Positions 59,829 to 64,000 of a DNA stretch of 64,000 nucleotides are shown one piece after another. A program made the position numbers and the translations under genes. The notes beneath the pieces were generated by a model that ran no database searches, was not told where the DNA came from, and worked only from the letters and a program-made list of their open reading frames with translations. The first letter of the stretch is position 1; each line of letters begins with the position of its first letter. The stretch spans positions 5,664,001-5,728,000 of the forward strand of contig OZ253580.1 of NCBI GenBank assembly GCA_965263035.1, in the 5' to 3' direction. This DNA is from Acidobacteriota bacterium (GTDB taxonomy: Bacteria; Acidobacteriota; UBA6911; RPQK01; JAJDTT01).

Positions 59829-62800
59829 ATGGCAAAGGACGCAAAGGCCGGTCTCAAGTTCCTGCTGATCGCCCAGTTCTTCGGGGCCTTCAACGACAAC
59901 GCCTGGAAACTGATCGTCACCTTCCTGGCGATCAAGGCGTCGACGGCGCACCTGACGCCGGGAGGTCCCGAGTACCAGTCGGCGGCCCAACTCCAGACCG
60001 CCGTCGCCTTCTGCGTTCTGACCATTCCCCTCATGGTCTGCTCGCTCCCGGCTGGCCTCCTGGCCGACCGGGTCAGCAAGCGGACCGTCATCGTTGCCAT
60101 GAAGCTGGCGGAAGTCCTGCTCATGGGCTGCGCGGCACTCGCCCTCTACGCAGCCCCCGGCACGACACTGGCTCCGCTGGTGATTCTCGGGTTCATGGGC
60201 CTGCAGAGCGCTCTCTTCAGCCCTGCCAAGTACGGGATCCTCCCAGAGATGCTGCCCCACGAGCGGCTCACCGCCGGGAACGCCCACCTGGAAACCTGGA
60301 CCTTTCTGGCCATCATCCTGGGAACGGCCTCCGGCGGCCTGCTGCTGGATCTATCGGGTGAAACAGCCTGGCTCGCGGCAGCGGTCCTGGTTCCGGCGGC
60401 GGTGGTGGGGCTCCTCATCTCCTTACGGCTTCCGAGGGTACCGGCGGCCCGTTCGGAAGGAGATCTGGGAGAGACCCTCCGCGCCGCTTGGCGGGCCATT
60501 CGGGGAGAGCGCGTTCTGGGGCTCGCCGTGGCCGGGTCGGTCGTCTACTGGACCATCGCGAGTCTTCTGGGACAGGACATCCTGGTCTACGTCAAATCTG
60601 TCTTGGGCCTCTCCGACACTCATGCGGGAATCCCTCTCGCTCTGTTCGGGCTCGGAGTGGGCGGGGGCAGCTTGATCACCGCTCGGCTCTCCCGGGGCAA
60701 GGTCGAATACGGCGTGATCCCGCTGGGCGCCATCCTGATGGCGGGGAGCTGCCTGCTGTTGGCTCTGGTCGTGCCCGGATTCTACGGACTGCTGGTCTTT
60801 TCAGCCGCCCTGGGCGTGGCCAGCGGCATGATCATCGTGCCGCTGAACTCCCTGCTCCAATGGCGGGCTCCGGACCAGCATCGGGGAGCCGTCATCGCGC
60901 TGGCCAACGTCTGGATTTTTGGAGGCATAACGGCGGGATCGCTGGGAGCGGCAGGCCTTGCCGCTCTGGGGCTCTCCCCGGTCTCCATCCTGGTGGTGGC
61001 GGCACTGGCACTCTCGGCGGGAATGTTCTGGGCGGTCTCCCTGCTTCCCGACGTCCTGCTGCGTCTGCTGCTGGTCCTGGCCACGCATTCGCTGTATCGG
61101 CTCCGGGTCGTGGGCCAGGAACACATCCCGGCGAAGGGAGGAGCACTCCTGGTCCCCAACCACGTCTCCTTCATCGATTTCGTCCTGCTTCTCGCCGTAA
61201 TCGACCGGCCGATCCGATTTATCGTTCACCGGGAATACTATGACCGATTCTATTTCAAGCCCTTTATGAAGTCATTGGGGTGTATTCCCATCTCCTCCTC
61301 CGAGGGTCCGCGAGAGATTCTGAGAGCGCTGAGGGACGCCGGAAAACGCCTGGACCAGGGTGAACTGGTCTGTATCTTTCCCGAGGGTCAGATCACCCGA
61401 ACCGGAACCCTGCTGCCCTTCAACCGGGGCCTGGAGCGGATCGTGAGGAACCGGCAGGCGCCCATCATCCCCGTCTACCTGGACCGGCTCTGGGGGAGCA
61501 TCTTCAGTTACGAGCGAAACCGGTTCGTTTTCAAGATCCCGCGGGAGACCCCCTATCAGGTCACGCTGGCCTTCGGTGCGCCTTTGCCGCCGGGAACCGA
61601 CGTGAGAACGATTCGCCAAGCCGTCCAGGAGCTGTCCTGTGCCGCGTGGACCCGTCGTCAGGAGGGCGTTCGTCCTTTGCACCGGGCCTTCGTCCACAAG
61701 GCCAGGATCCGCCCTCTGGCGCTCGCCTATGCCGACGAGAGCCGGCCCCGTCTGGTCCGCATCAAAGCCCTGGCCGGAGCCGTGGCCCTGGCCCGGGCGC
61801 TCAAATCGGAATGGGCCGGGCAGGAACGGGTGGGGATCCTGCTGCCGCCCACCGTCGCCGCGGCCCTGGTGAATCTGGCCGCGGCCCTGGCCTGCCGGGT
61901 GACCGTCAACCTGAACTACACCGCGGGCGTCCACGGGATGGAGTCGGCCGCGGAACAAGCGGGTCTCAAGACCGTCGTCACGAGCCGCACCTTTCTACAG
62001 AAGGCGGATCTGACTCCTCCCGGAAATGTCCGGCTCGTCTATCTGGAGGACTCGGCCGGAGGACTCGGCCGGAGGACTCGGCCCCGGTCTTCGCGTTACC
62101 AGCCTGCTGGCCGCCCTGCTTCTCCCCTGCCGCTGGCTGGAGAAGCTGTGCGGAGCCACCCGAGTCCCCGGCCCCCAGGACCTCATGACCATCATCTTCA
62201 GCAGCGGCAGCACGGGAGATCCCAAGGGAGTGATGCTGACCCAGTTCAACCTGGATTCTAACATTACCGCCATCGAACAGGTGTTCCGGACGCAACCGAC
62301 GGACCGCGTCCTGGGCATCCTGCCCTTCTTCCATTCCTTCGGCTACATGGTCTTCTGGTTCGCGGCCAAGAAGGGCCTGGCTCTGCCCCTGCATCCCAAT
62401 CCGCTGGACGGTCCGGCCGTGGGCCGGCTGGTGGAGCGGTACCGGGTGAGCATCATGCTGGCCACTCCGACCTTCCTTCGGCTCTACATGCGTTTGTGCT
62501 CTCCAGGCCAGCTCGGATCGGTGCGGCTGTTGTTGGCCGGGGCGGAGAAGCTGCCGGAAAAGCTGGCCGTGGCCTTCCAGGAGCAATTCGGCTTGCGGCC
62601 GCTGGAGGGTTACGGCACCACCGAATGCGCGCCGGTGATCTCCGTGGGCGTCCCCGACTACCGGGCTCCCGGATTCTTCCAGCCCGGCTCGCGGCCGGGT
62701 CACGTGGGCCAGCCGCTGCCGGGAGTGGCGGTGCGGGTGGTGGACCCGGACAGCTTCGAACCCTTGCCGGCAGGGACCCCCGGCATGCTGCTGGTCAAGG

Positions 62801-63285
62801 GGCCCAACGTGATGCGGGGCTATCTGGGCCGCGACGATCTGACCCGGAAGGCGCTCCGGAACGGCTGGTACGTCACCGGCGACATCGGCCTGGTGAGCGA
62901 GGACGGCTTCGTGAAGATCACCGATCGGCTCTCCCGCTTCTCCAAGATCGGTGGCGAGATGGTTCCCCACGGCCGAGTGGAGGAGCTATTGCATCAGGCG
63001 GCCGAATCGGAGGACCAGGTCTTTGCCGTCACCGGAATCCCGGACGAGAAGAAGGGGGAGGCGCTGGCCGTGGTGCACACTCTGGACGATTCCCGGATCG
63101 GACCCGTGCGGGCACGTCTCGCCGACTTGGGGCTCCCCAATCTCCAGATCCCGCGCCGGGACCGCTTCGTCAGGACCGAACAGCTCCCCCTTCTGGGGTC
63201 CGGAAAACTGGATTTGAGAGCCGTGAGACGCCTCGCCCGCCGAGTGCTGGAGCAGAGTTCCAGGAGCCTGCGCCGCAGAAATTGA
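59829..63285 (+). pseudogene. aas: Aas-like fusion (LplT-type MFS + acyltransferase + acyl-ACP synthetase), frameshifted
   Basis: QFFGAFNDNA, FSPAKYG; PNHVSFID, FPEG; FSSGSTGDPKG, EGYGTTE, DRLSRFSKIGGE; frame change at a 13-bp repeat. Confidence 0.88.
62045..62083 (+). repeat. (GGAGGACTCGGCC)x3 tandem repeat
   Basis: Three perfect 13-mers at the frameshift point. Confidence 0.95.
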
Positions 63286-63422
63286 TCTACTGCGAAAGCG
63301 GTAGAATCGGTCCATATTTCCTCGATTTCTCGGCGAATAGAACAACTATGCACCTCCAAATCGAGAAAATCTGGCCTCGATTCCCCACTTTCTCGCTACG
63401 ATCATTTCTACCGCGCAGACTC
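63264..63422 (-). mobile_element. MITE-A copy 5 (159 bp, inverted)
   Basis: Between the convergent aas and permease genes; flanks CCAG and CTAG. Confidence 0.9.
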
Positions 63423-64000
63423 CTAGCCGATGAAGACGTACTTGGCGATGAAGACGACCGCCAGGACGTCGACCAGAAGATGGACTTCGTGGCCCTTCCC
63501 ACTCAGCCGCTTGATGATGGGATAGGAGATGAAACCCAGCGCCAACCCGTCTGCGATGCTGAAGGTCAGCGGGATGGCGATCAGCGTGAGGAAGGCCGGC
63601 ACGGCCTCCGAGACGTCGCTCCAGCGGATCCGCGCGGCGGCGCCCATCATCAGCACGCCCGTCACCACCAGCGCCGGGGCGGCGGCGAACGTGGGCACGG
63701 ACTGAACCAACGGGGTCAGGAACAACGCGGCGGCGAACAATCCACTGACCACCACACTGGAGAAACCGGTCCGGGCTCCTGAGGAGATGCCGGCGGCGCT
63801 CTCGATATAGGTGGTCACGGTCGAAGTGCCGATGATGCTGCCGCAGACGGTCCCCACCGAATCGGAAAGCAGCGCGCGGTTGGCCCGGGGCAGGCGTCCC
63901 CGCTCGTCCAGAAAACCGGACCTTTCCGACAATCCCAACAGCGTCCCCATGGTGTCGAAGAGATCCACGAAGAGCAGGGCGAGGATCAGTTCGATGAAGG
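63423..64000 (-). CDS. NCS2/AzgA-type purine permease, C-terminal part
   Basis: DLFDTMGTL, GTSTVTTYIESAAG..SGARTG, PLTFSIADG. Confidence 0.92.
   Translation of the reverse strand, partial: FIELILALLFVDLFDTMGTLLGLSERSGFLDERGRLPRANRALLSDSVGTVCGSIIGTSTVTTYIESAAGISSGARTGFSSVVVSGLFAAALFLTPLVQSVPTFAAAPALVVTGVLMMGAAARIRWSDVSEAVPAFLTLIAIPLTFSIADGLALGFISYPIIKRLSGKGHEVHLLVDVLAVVFIAKYVFIG

Noticed and set aside
1-64000. CRISPR array, retron or diversity-generating retroelement
   Set aside because: No regularly spaced repeat-spacer array, cas gene or RT ORF; differences between paralogues A and C are not confined to adenines

Overview
GC-rich bacterial window; the gene content looks Acidobacteriota-like, which is an inference. 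Housekeeping blocks (hemH-ispH-queF-ArgE, panBC, sppA, eboDEC, ehuBCD, aas, NCS2 permease) alternate with three accessory regions. (i) 1-8.2 kb: island at the 3' end of tRNA-Leu with a type I R-M system, a half-dead TA pair, a deleted IS and a structured non-coding segment. (ii) 30.4-38.8 kb: a second, pseudogenised type I R-M operon with nested TA genes, followed by an ORF-less group IIC intron inserted 4 nt behind a REP-like hairpin. (iii) 41.6-52.4 kb: IS1182, DUF3800, a tyrosine recombinase with its site, three secreted Sm-like/glycine-zipper paralogues sharing a leader hairpin and a GTGA-N19-TCAC motif, DUF3892, IS630 and an IS91 remnant. Superimposed is a set of small non-coding mobile elements: five copies of a 159-bp MITE whose ends match the IS1182 left end, a second MITE family and several REP-like hairpin families. 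Several of the mobile elements sit at CTAG sites that coincide with TAG stop codons. All calls were made by eye from motifs; no database searches were run.
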